Source: Tenuifilum thalassicum
GTDB taxonomy: Bacteria > Bacteroidota > Bacteroidia > Bacteroidales > Tenuifilaceae
Assembly (NCBI RefSeq): GCF_013265555.1
Contig: NZ_CP041345.1
Coordinates: 766,581 to 790,580 of the forward strand
Direction: 5' to 3'
DNA length: 24,000 nucleotides
Shown: one piece after another, positions 15,475 through 23,357 of the stretch
Layout of the letters: each line of letters starts with the position of its first letter
Numbering within the stretch: position 1 is the stretch's first letter
Made by a program: the position numbers and the translations under genes
The notes under the pieces: model-generated
The model's input: the letters and a program-made list of their open reading frames with translations, nothing else
Databases searched by the model: none
Told to the model about the DNA's origin: nothing

Positions 15475-15728
15475 CTTTGAAACACCTGCCCTGATACTCT
15501 ATAAGTATTAAAGACCAAAAAAAAAAAATTTAATTAGGGGTTATTCTTAGTCAGCGTTATTACTGGCGTCAATGTAAATCTCAGTTCTGAAGTTATGCTC
15601 AGAAACTGTGCTCATTAATGCCACTCTGACATTCATTCCAACAAAAGTTGGAATAAGATGCCGATCATTGCCTAAACAAATTTAGGCCAGCACCCACAAA
15701 TCAATATCTTTAGGCAAGTGTTTCAAAG
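15475..15728 (-). ncRNA. Candidate retron-like msr/msd ncRNA (structured RT-associated RNA)
   Basis: A 16-bp long-range inverted repeat with one G-U pair closes the region: minus-strand CUUUGAAACACUUGCC (15728-15713) pairs with GGCAGGUGUUUCAAAG (15490-15475). Internal hairpins lie at 15670-15687, 15635-15654 and 15582-15608. A promoter-like module sits directly upstream, and the RT ATG is 19 nt downstream. Confidence 0.55.
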
Positions 15729-15734
15729 AACTTC

Positions 15735-15770
15735 TGCAAAGTTGGGGATTATTTGTGCAGCCTTTCTGCA
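15735..15770 (-). promoter_or_regulatory. Operator/promoter module TGCAGAAAGGCTGCA-N8-CCCCAACTTTGCA driving the ncRNA/RT operon
   Basis: Minus-strand sequence is identical in both boxes and in spacing to the copy at 4632-4667. The -7-like AACTTTG places a predicted start within a few nt of the a1 arm (15728). Confidence 0.6.
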
Positions 15771-16097
15771 CTATAAAAATATATTTTAATTATTTTTTTA
15801 CAAAATCTACTTATTATGTAAAGTAATTAAATATAAATTTTCCTTGTCAAATTTATCGCCTCAATTTTCTCCCATTGAAATACGTCTAATAGTTCAGGTT
15901 GGTTCATGAATGCGCTTGGTTCAAGGTTCTAAACTTTAAGGTAAAAAATATTTTAGAATCGTAAACTTAAAGTGCATACTAAGTTGATTATCAATAGATG
16001 TAAAAATTGATAATGAGGTTGATGAAATAAATACTTACCACTATTCACAGTTTCAAAATTTTCTTTGATATTCCCTATATATCCGTTCTTTCTACTA

Positions 16098-16203
16098 ATC
16101 GACCCCTCCCAACCTCCCCTCTCAGGGGAGGCTTTTTTTCATGGATAGAAATTGCGTTATTTTTCCCCTCTCCTCACAGGAGAGGGGAAAGGGGTGAGGT
16201 CGC
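16098..16203. repeat. REP-like GC-rich hairpin element (copy 1)
   Basis: Hairpin CCTCCCCT-CTC-AGGGGAGG plus T7 lies at 16113-16139. Hairpin CCCCTCTCC-TCACA-GGAGAGGGG followed by AAAGGGGTGAGGTCG lies at 16165-16203. The second part recurs at 23469-23510. Confidence 0.6.
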
Positions 16204-16348
16204 CAAAACCTGCCCCACAGTCAAAAAAACTTCCGGTTCATTCCGCCTTTTCCCATCCCGTAAACAAATATTAACAAAACTATTTTGGTTTTAAAAGTTT
16301 TCTATCCGAATTTTGTACACAGAAAACTATTTAAGTTTAAAAAGTTTT

Positions 16349-16975
16349 ATGAGCGTAAAAGAGCAAGTTCTCGAGGGTGCGTTGGAGCTATTCAAGAAAA
16401 TGGGTATACGTGCCGTTACAATGGATATGCTGGCCGTGCATTTGGGCATGTCAAAGCGAACCATCTACGAGAACTTTAAAAACAAGGACGAGATTGTTGA
16501 GGCTTGTGTGCGCATTGAGAATGAGAAAATGAAAGCAATGGCACAGGAGATTCTTCAAAGGAGCGAGCATTACATCGAAACCTATATCATGTTTATGTGG
16601 GCCCATATCAATAGGCTTCGAGGTGTAAACCCGCTTTTCATGCACGACCTAAAAAGGATTTATCCCAAAACAATTAGCAGGCAGGCAGGTGAGTTCGACC
16701 ATTATATGCGCGATAAAATGGTTGAATTCATTGAGAAGGGGAAAAAGGATAAGCTCTTTAGGGCGGAGGTAAACCCTCAGATTGTGGCAAATGTGGTATT
16801 TGAATTCTCAAAGCTGCTTCGAAATCGATTTGAAACCGGGAACAATACCCTTAGCAGCTTTCCGTTGGCCGAGGTGTTTGAGCACATGGCAATCAACTTT
16901 ATTCGGGGGCTATCAACCGTTAAGGGAATTGAGCGCGTTGAGTATTACTACAATAAACATAAGTCGTCGATATAA
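16349..16975 (+). CDS. TetR/AcrR family transcriptional regulator
   Basis: The HTH is MGIRAVTMDMLAVHLGMSKRTIYENFKNKDEIV. I prefer ATG 16349 (MSVKEQVLEGALELF...) over the track start at 16313. It heads the TolC-MFP-RND operon. Confidence 0.85.
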   Translation: MSVKEQVLEGALELFKKMGIRAVTMDMLAVHLGMSKRTIYENFKNKDEIVEACVRIENEKMKAMAQEILQRSEHYIETYIMFMWAHINRLRGVNPLFMHDLKRIYPKTISRQAGEFDHYMRDKMVEFIEKGKKDKLFRAEVNPQIVANVVFEFSKLLRNRFETGNNTLSSFPLAEVFEHMAINFIRGLSTVKGIERVEYYYNKHKSSI

Positions 16976-16995
16976 GAAACTAAAACATAACAGGT

Positions 16996-18321
16996 ATGCA
17001 CAGATTATTGCTTTTATTTACTGTTACGGGTGGTATCTTCCTTACGGGGAGTAGGGGATACGCCCAACCCGATACCCTGCGATTATCGGTTGCGCAGGCT
17101 GTTGACCTTGCCGTTCAGCAAAACCTAATGCAAAAGGTTTCAGAGCTTGAGCTACAAAAGAAACAGGAAAAGGTTAAGGAGTACATGGCGGCTCTTTACC
17201 CTACCATTAAGGCCTCGGGTAGCTATACCCGTAACCTTAAGCTCCCTGTTATCTTTATGCCGGCAGGCTCACCTTTTGGTCCTACACTAACTATCGGCTC
17301 CGATAATAGCTACTCGGCTTCGGTTAGCGCTTCGATGCCTCTGTTCGTTTACAACATTTTTGAATCGATAAAGTTAGGGCAAAAGGATGTGGCGATTAGC
17401 CAGGAGAAGCTTCGCGAGAGCAAAATCGACCTCGCTGCTAATATTAAGAAAACCTACTACAACATCCTACTTCTTAAGAATAGCCTAAACGTAATAAACC
17501 AAAGCTATAAAAATGCTCTTGCCAACCTGGAGAATATCAAAAAGCTTAATGAGAGGGGGATGGTTTCCGATTACGACCTGATCCGAATTAAAGTTCAGGT
17601 CGATAATTTATATCCCAACGTTCTACAAGCCGAGAATACCTATAAAAATCTTTTAAATGTACTTAAGGTCCTATTGAACATTGATGTTGAAACTCCTGTT
17701 GTTTTAAACGAGGATGAAATAGGCGAGTATAGTTTCACAAACCTAGTTCTACCTGATAGTAGCTGGGTGAATAATAACACCAGCCTCCGACAGCTCTCAT
17801 TAACTAGCGAGATGCTTAAAATTCAGGAGAAGATGGCAAAGGGTGCAAATTACCCTTCGCTGGTTGCTATAGGAAACTACCAGTATCAAACACAAGCAAA
17901 TGATTTTAAATTTGGCGATTACCGATGGGTTCCTACATCAATGGTTGGACTACAGCTAAACATTCCTATTTTTTCGGGATTTTCGGTACGCCGACAGCTA
18001 AACCAGGTAAGAATTAGCCAAAAACAAATCGAACTACAAAAGGAGTTTACTTTAAACAACCTTACCGCTCAGGTACACAATGCAATTAATGCTGTTAATA
18101 CGGCTGCTAGTAAGGTAATTGCTGCCCAAAGCAATATTGAAATGGCTCAAAAAGGTTACGATATTGCTAAAACAAGGTATAATACGGGACAATCCACTTT
18201 GCTTGAGCTAAACGATGCTGAAAATGCTTTGCTTCAAGCTCGATTAAACCTAATTCAGGCCCAAATGGAATACCTGATTGCTAAAATCGATTACGAGAAG
18301 ATTGTTGGTGAAGTGATATAG
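16996..18321 (+). CDS. TolC-family outer membrane efflux protein
   Basis: 441 aa with a signal peptide and two OEP-type repeats (e.g. YDIAKTRYNTGQSTLLELNDAENALLQARLNLIQAQ). Confidence 0.9.
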   Translation: MHRLLLLFTVTGGIFLTGSRGYAQPDTLRLSVAQAVDLAVQQNLMQKVSELELQKKQEKVKEYMAALYPTIKASGSYTRNLKLPVIFMPAGSPFGPTLTIGSDNSYSASVSASMPLFVYNIFESIKLGQKDVAISQEKLRESKIDLAANIKKTYYNILLLKNSLNVINQSYKNALANLENIKKLNERGMVSDYDLIRIKVQVDNLYPNVLQAENTYKNLLNVLKVLLNIDVETPVVLNEDEIGEYSFTNLVLPDSSWVNNNTSLRQLSLTSEMLKIQEKMAKGANYPSLVAIGNYQYQTQANDFKFGDYRWVPTSMVGLQLNIPIFSGFSVRRQLNQVRISQKQIELQKEFTLNNLTAQVHNAINAVNTAASKVIAAQSNIEMAQKGYDIAKTRYNTGQSTLLELNDAENALLQARLNLIQAQMEYLIAKIDYEKIVGEVI

Positions 18322-18366
18322 AATGAACAGGAATAGCTGAGTAAAATCGTAAAACTTTATAAACCA

Positions 18367-19416
18367 ATGAGAACAGTTCGAAAATTTAAATTGTTAACGC
18401 TGCTAGGCTTAGCGGCTATCCTATGGGCTTGCGGAGGAAATAAAGCTGAAGTAAAGCAGAATTCCGCACCCAATGAGGTAAAAGTAGTAGCACAGGTGGT
18501 AAAGTCTACCCCTATCGTTCGAACCTTGCGTTTGCCCGCCACCATTCAAGCTTACAAGGAAAATCATTTGGCACCGGCCACAGCCGGCAGGGTTGAAAAT
18601 GTTCTTGTTGATGTTGGCGATGCCGTTAAGCGAGGTCAGACAGTGGCAATTCTTGATCGAACTAACTACCAGCAGGCAAAGATTCAGTTCGATAAGCTAA
18701 AAATTGATCTTCTGCGTGCCGACTCGTTGCTAAAAGTTGGTGCAATTCCCCAGCAACAGTACGATGCGGTTAAAATGCAGTACGACATAGCAAAGAATAA
18801 TCTGGAGTTTCTCGACGAGAATACAACCCTAAGATCTCCAATCGATGGGGTTATTACAGGAAAGTACATAAACGATGGCGAGCTTTTTGCCATGTCGCCC
18901 GTACCGGGTGTAGGCAAACCTGCAGTTGTTTCAATCATGCAGCTCAATAAGCTTAAGCTGCTTGTAGGTATATCGTCGAGCTATTTGCCTAAAGTGAAAA
19001 CGGGAATGGAGGTGGCCATTGAAACCGAAGTGTATCCTAACACAAAGTTTAGAGGCGTAATCGAAAAGGTATACCCAACCATCGATAATTTGACCAAGAA
19101 TTTTACCGTTGAGGTGGTTGTATCGAATAGCGATATGAAGCTTCGTCCGGGAATGTTTGCAACGGCAATCATTCGACTGGGTAAAGGAGAAGCTGTGCTC
19201 GTTCCGTCGTTTGCAGTTATGAAACAATCGGGCACAAATGAACGGTATGCCTTTGTTGTGAAAGATGGAAAAGCAGAACGTCGTACTGTTGAGGTTGGCG
19301 AGGTGTTCGACGACCAGATTGAGATTGTAAAGGGTATTGCTCCCGGAGAGGAGATTATAGTTGAAGGCCAAACCAACGTTTCCGATGGTCAGCCCGTAGC
19401 TAATAAGGATAACTAA
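18367..19416 (+). CDS. Efflux RND periplasmic adaptor (membrane fusion protein), lipoprotein
   Basis: 349 aa with lipobox LWAC-G and biotinyl-lipoyl-like and beta-barrel HlyD_D23-type sequence (GRVENVLVDVGDAVKRGQTVAILD...LRSPIDGVITGK). Confidence 0.9.
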   Translation: MRTVRKFKLLTLLGLAAILWACGGNKAEVKQNSAPNEVKVVAQVVKSTPIVRTLRLPATIQAYKENHLAPATAGRVENVLVDVGDAVKRGQTVAILDRTNYQQAKIQFDKLKIDLLRADSLLKVGAIPQQQYDAVKMQYDIAKNNLEFLDENTTLRSPIDGVITGKYINDGELFAMSPVPGVGKPAVVSIMQLNKLKLLVGISSSYLPKVKTGMEVAIETEVYPNTKFRGVIEKVYPTIDNLTKNFTVEVVVSNSDMKLRPGMFATAIIRLGKGEAVLVPSFAVMKQSGTNERYAFVVKDGKAERRTVEVGEVFDDQIEIVKGIAPGEEIIVEGQTNVSDGQPVANKDN

Positions 19417-19429
19417 AAGGTTTTAGAAG

Positions 19430-22400
19430 ATGAGCTTGTATAGTAAAGCGGTTAAGAACCCTATAACAACTCTGATGGTTTTCATCGGAGTTATTGTGAT
19501 GGGGATATACTCGTTATTCTACATCCCTGTTGACCTGATGCCCGACATGGATATACCCAGCATTAGCGTTATAACATACTATCCCGGAGCTAATGCCGAA
19601 GATATTGAGGTGAACGTTACCAAACCTTTGGAGAATCAGCTTAATGCATTGCAGAACCTGAAAAAGGTAACATCGGCAAGTAAGGATAACATTTCGTTCA
19701 TCACGTGTGAGTTTGAGTATGGCACAAACCTCGACGAGGCCAGTAACAACATTCGCGATGCGATTAGCTTAGCCGAAAAGGCTTTGCCCGATGGATGTGA
19801 AAAACCATCAATCTTTAAGTTCAGCTCATCGATGATACCCGTTGTGATTTGGGGTATTCAGGCCAATGAGAGCTACGCTGCTCTCGAAAAGATAGTTGAT
19901 GAGCGTATTGTTGAACGCTTAAGCAGGATCGACGGTGTGGGTGCCGTTAGCATTATCGGAAAGCCAATTCGAATCATAGATGTAAAGGTTGACCCTCGTA
20001 AGCTCGATTCCTATAACCTGACCCTCGAACAGGTGGGAAATGCGATTGGCGCCGAAAACCTGTCGCTTCCCGCAGGTAGAATTGAGGTGGGACGAATGGA
20101 GTTCCCTGTTCGTACCAACGGGGAGTTTAAGAGTAGCGATATTGTGAAAAACCTGGTGGTGGCCAATAATGGGGGCAGGCTGGTTTACCTCCGCGATGTG
20201 GCAACCGTAAAGGATACCCTAAAACATGTTCTTATCGATGAGCGAATCGATGGTAAAAAAGGGGTGAGGCTTATGGTTCAAAAACAGAGCGGTGCCAATA
20301 CCGTTCAGATTGCCAGGGAGGTTACCCAAAGAATGGAGGAGCTCAAAAAAGAGCTTCCCGCCGATGTGAAAGTGGTAAAGATTCTTGACACCTCCGACTT
20401 TATTAAAAGCTCCATAAACAACCTTTCCGAAACCCTTATCTACGCACTGGTTTTTGTTGCTCTTGTGGTTTTCGTATTTTTGGGTCGTTGGCGTTCAACA
20501 TTCATAATTCTGCTCACCATTCCTGTATCGCTGATTGGAGCGTTCATCTATCTTTACATTTCGGGTAACTCTATCAATATTGTTTCCTTATCGGCCCTTG
20601 CCATTGCAATTGGTATGGTAGTTGACGATGCCATTGTTGTGCTCGAAAATATTACAACGCACATTGAGCGGGGTAGTAGCCCTATGGAAGCCGCTGTATT
20701 CGCAACACGCGAGGTGGGTTTAGCGGTAATTGCTACCACGCTGGTAATTGTTGCTGTTTTCTTCCCCCTCACTTTGGTAGGTGGCTTGACAGGCGTATTT
20801 TTCCGACAGCTTGGCTGGATTGTAACCATAACCGTTTCATTATCAACTCTTGCTGCTCTTTCTTTAACACCAATGCTTTCTTCAAAAATACTTAAGGGGA
20901 GATCGTTTTATAAACATCGTCGGAACAGATTTCTTGAGGTTATTAACCGTTTCTGGGGGCGTTTTGATGATATATATGTTAAAGGTTTATCTTGGGTGTT
21001 AAAGCATAAATCATTGACTTTGTTTTTAGCCGCTGCAATTTTTGTTGGAAGCTTAGGTTTGGTTAAATTCATTGGTAAGGAGTTTACACCTGCTCAGGAT
21101 AATAGCCGAATAAGTGTTTACATGGAGATTCCCCAAGGAATGCGTATAGATGAGGCAAAATCGTTGGCCAGGGACTTTGAGCAAAAGGTTTTTGCCAAGT
21201 ACCCTGAGGTCAGACTCATTTCAACCACTATCGGAACCGACGAGGGGGGATCGCTTATAAGCGCATTTCAAAAAGCCGCTTCCTACATCATTAACTATAG
21301 CTTTATGCTCACCAATCCCGATGAGCGTAATCGAAGCATCTTTGAGATCTCCGACAGCTTACGTAAGGATATTGCTAGTTACACCCAGCTCACCTCGTCG
21401 TATGTCGACCCGGGTTCAACGCGAAACGCCATGTCTTCGGCTTTTAGCGGGGGCGGTGGCGCAAACTTTGAGGTTAAGGTTTTTGGGTACGACATAAACC
21501 AGACAAACTATATAGCCGAGCAGATTGTTTCCACGCTTAAAAACGAAAAGGGTTTTAAGGATATAACGGTTAGCCGCGATAAGGAGCGTATGGAGCTGCA
21601 GGTGATACCCGATAGGGAAAAGTTGGCACAGCTTGGTTTAAACACTGCCATGCTTGCTACTGCTGTTCGTAACAGGGTTTACGGCTTAACCGCTACCAAG
21701 TATCGCGAGGAGGGATATGAGTACGATGTAATTCTAAAGTACAACGACAAAAACCTTTCGTCGGTTAGCGATATTGAGAACATAACCTTTAAGGGGCCCA
21801 TGGGCAATATGGTTCGTGTTGGTGATATTGCCCAAATTAAGCAGGTATATAATACGCCTAACATCGAGCATGAGAACAAAATTAGGGTGGTGAAAATCAC
21901 GGCAGGTCTTTCGGGACTTGATCTTGGTTCAGCCTCAAATATTGTGAATGAGAAGCTGGCAACCCTGGATCTTCCAAAGAATGTTATTGTTGAGATTGGC
22001 GGTGCAGCCAAGGATATGGCCGATACTTTTAAAGATATCGCTCTGCTATTTGTGCTAATCCTCATCTTAACCTATATTGTTATGGCTTCGCAGTTTGAAT
22101 CGCTACGTGAGCCTTTCATCATCATGTTCTCAGTTCCCTTTGCTATTACCGGTGTTTTCATTGCCCTATGGGCAACAGGTTCAACCATAAACCTGATTTC
22201 AGGTATAGCCATTGTGATGCTTGTTGGTATCGCTGTAAAGAACTCCATTGTGCTGGTCGATTTCATCAACCTCCTGGTTGATAGAGGGCGTTCGGTTACC
22301 CAGGCAATTCTTGAGGGAGGCAAATCGCGTTTGCGTCCTATACTCATGACTTCGTTCACAACCCTTTTAGGCATGCTACCCATGGCACTTTCAACAGGCG

Positions 22401-22579
22401 AAGGCTCAGAGACCTGGCGCCCGCTTGGCATATCGATAGTTGGCGGATTATTCTTTTCCATGATGATTTCGCTGGTTATTGTACCGGTTATCTATGCTCT
22501 TTTTGCTAATGCTCGCATTAAGCGTGAGCGCAAAAAGCTTCTGGCATCGGGTGGTGGAGAATTATCGTTTGAGGTTTAA
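19430..22579 (+). CDS. RND efflux transporter permease (AcrB/HAE1-type)
   Basis: 1049 aa with a 12-TM AcrB-like layout. Conserved segments include AIGMVVDDAIVVLENI and GIAVKNSIVLVDF. Confidence 0.95.
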   Translation: MSLYSKAVKNPITTLMVFIGVIVMGIYSLFYIPVDLMPDMDIPSISVITYYPGANAEDIEVNVTKPLENQLNALQNLKKVTSASKDNISFITCEFEYGTNLDEASNNIRDAISLAEKALPDGCEKPSIFKFSSSMIPVVIWGIQANESYAALEKIVDERIVERLSRIDGVGAVSIIGKPIRIIDVKVDPRKLDSYNLTLEQVGNAIGAENLSLPAGRIEVGRMEFPVRTNGEFKSSDIVKNLVVANNGGRLVYLRDVATVKDTLKHVLIDERIDGKKGVRLMVQKQSGANTVQIAREVTQRMEELKKELPADVKVVKILDTSDFIKSSINNLSETLIYALVFVALVVFVFLGRWRSTFIILLTIPVSLIGAFIYLYISGNSINIVSLSALAIAIGMVVDDAIVVLENITTHIERGSSPMEAAVFATREVGLAVIATTLVIVAVFFPLTLVGGLTGVFFRQLGWIVTITVSLSTLAALSLTPMLSSKILKGRSFYKHRRNRFLEVINRFWGRFDDIYVKGLSWVLKHKSLTLFLAAAIFVGSLGLVKFIGKEFTPAQDNSRISVYMEIPQGMRIDEAKSLARDFEQKVFAKYPEVRLISTTIGTDEGGSLISAFQKAASYIINYSFMLTNPDERNRSIFEISDSLRKDIASYTQLTSSYVDPGSTRNAMSSAFSGGGGANFEVKVFGYDINQTNYIAEQIVSTLKNEKGFKDITVSRDKERMELQVIPDREKLAQLGLNTAMLATAVRNRVYGLTATKYREEGYEYDVILKYNDKNLSSVSDIENITFKGPMGNMVRVGDIAQIKQVYNTPNIEHENKIRVVKITAGLSGLDLGSASNIVNEKLATLDLPKNVIVEIGGAAKDMADTFKDIALLFVLILILTYIVMASQFESLREPFIIMFSVPFAITGVFIALWATGSTINLISGIAIVMLVGIAVKNSIVLVDFINLLVDRGRSVTQAILEGGKSRLRPILMTSFTTLLGMLPMALSTGEGSETWRPLGISIVGGLFFSMMISLVIVPVIYALFANARIKRERKKLLASGGGELSFEV

Positions 22580-22596
22580 CCTAAAACTTGAATAAA

Positions 22597-22890
22597 ATGA
22601 AAGCAGTTTTTATAGCATACAATCAGGCTTTATCTGAAAAGGTTGATAATGCGCTAAAGGTTTCAGGCATTAAAGGGTATAGCAAATGGGCCGATATGCT
22701 TGGAGCAGGAACCGAAAAGGGAGAGCCTCATTTAGGAACACATACCTGGCCATCAATGAACTCGGGCATACTTACCATCATTGATGATGATAAGGTTGAT
22801 AAGCTTCTGTCAATTATCAACCAAATTAACCAGGTAGCCGAGGAGCAAGGCATTCATGCCTTTGTCTGGAACATTGAGAGGATGGTTTAA
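22597..22890 (+). CDS. Small P-II/GlnB-fold-like protein associated with RND operons
   Basis: 97 aa from ATG 22597 (the track used TTG 22588). The sequence MKAVFIAYNQALSEKVDNALKVSGIKGYSKW...GILTIIDDDKVDKLLSIINQI has a beta-alpha-beta pattern. It is placed immediately after the pump gene. The family assignment is from memory only. Confidence 0.5.
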   Translation: MKAVFIAYNQALSEKVDNALKVSGIKGYSKWADMLGAGTEKGEPHLGTHTWPSMNSGILTIIDDDKVDKLLSIINQINQVAEEQGIHAFVWNIERMV

Positions 22891-22916
22891 AAGATTAATC
22901 GGGCAAATTCCAACTA

Positions 22917-22951
22917 CGAGCCGAACAGTTGAAGTTCGGCTCGTTTTTTTT
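22917..22951 (+). terminator. Rho-independent terminator of the efflux operon
   Basis: CGAGCCGAAC-AGTTGAA-GTTCGGCTCG followed by T8. Confidence 0.8.
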
Positions 22952-23357
22952 GTCTTTGAAACATTCATAAAGGGTTCTTCACTTTTTGCCTACATGAACT
23001 CAAATGTACCTAGCTGGTATAATTCCAGATTAAGCGATAGAAATTTTGAATATGTATTTTGAGAAAGCTTAACTAACATGGGGATTACGCCTCGTGAGAC
23101 CTAGTGATGCTTAGTAAGATGCTTGAGAAGATAGGTTTTTCGCAAGCTGCTGAATCGTGTTGATTTGCCACAAAGCTCATTGTTTCCTCCACCTTCAACC
23201 CATTCAGTCTATGAATAGGTTGCTCTTTTTTCAAAAATCTGCATATATTTTCTCTGTGCTACTCTGTGTTCTCTGTGGTATTTTCATTCACCAAAGAGAG
23301 CTTGTCCCGACCAAAGTCGGGAGCACGTAGGGACACGGAGGTTATGGTTCTTATCCT

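Noticed and set aside
15517-15528. A12/U12 tract as an intrinsic terminator upstream of the RT
   Set aside because: No GC-rich hairpin immediately precedes the U-run on the minus strand, and termination there would uncouple the RT from its only visible promoter. It is kept as a finding for a different reason.
15547-15636. 29-codon ORF (MNVRVALMSTVSEHNFRTEIYIDASNNAD) inside the candidate ncRNA
   Set aside because: It is short, has no coupling to neighbouring genes and overlaps strong RNA hairpins. The ncRNA interpretation explains the region better, but a small peptide cannot be formally excluded.
16113-16139. Hairpin plus T7 as a functional + strand terminator
   Set aside because: No + strand gene or promoter lies upstream (the upstream operon is on the minus strand). 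More likely it is part of the REP-like element.
1640-16200. Calling the whole island an integrative mobile element
   Set aside because: I see no integrase, transposase, relaxase, tRNA target or flanking direct repeats in the window. Only compositional and contextual evidence supports horizontal origin, so mobility is not claimed.
16285-17054. Track ORFs 16285-16479, 16451-16645 and 16782-17054, and the 16313 start of the TetR ORF
   Set aside because: These are alternate-frame or antisense overlaps of the TetR and TolC genes. The 12-codon extension from 16313 precedes the conserved N-terminus and would start within a few nt of the likely promoter.
18357-22461. Track ORFs 18357-18545, 18684-18947, 18931-19371, 18981-19376, 20554-20829, 21679-22065 and 22072-22461 (-)
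   Set aside because: They are antisense shadow ORFs within the MFP and RND permease genes, which have unambiguous family signatures on the + strand.
22856-23062. Track ORF 22856-23062 (+), and TTG 22588 as the start of the P-II-like gene
   Set aside because: The ORF overlaps the end of the preceding gene and reads through the operon terminator hairpin. For the P-II-like gene, ATG 22597 is a more plausible start than TTG 22588.
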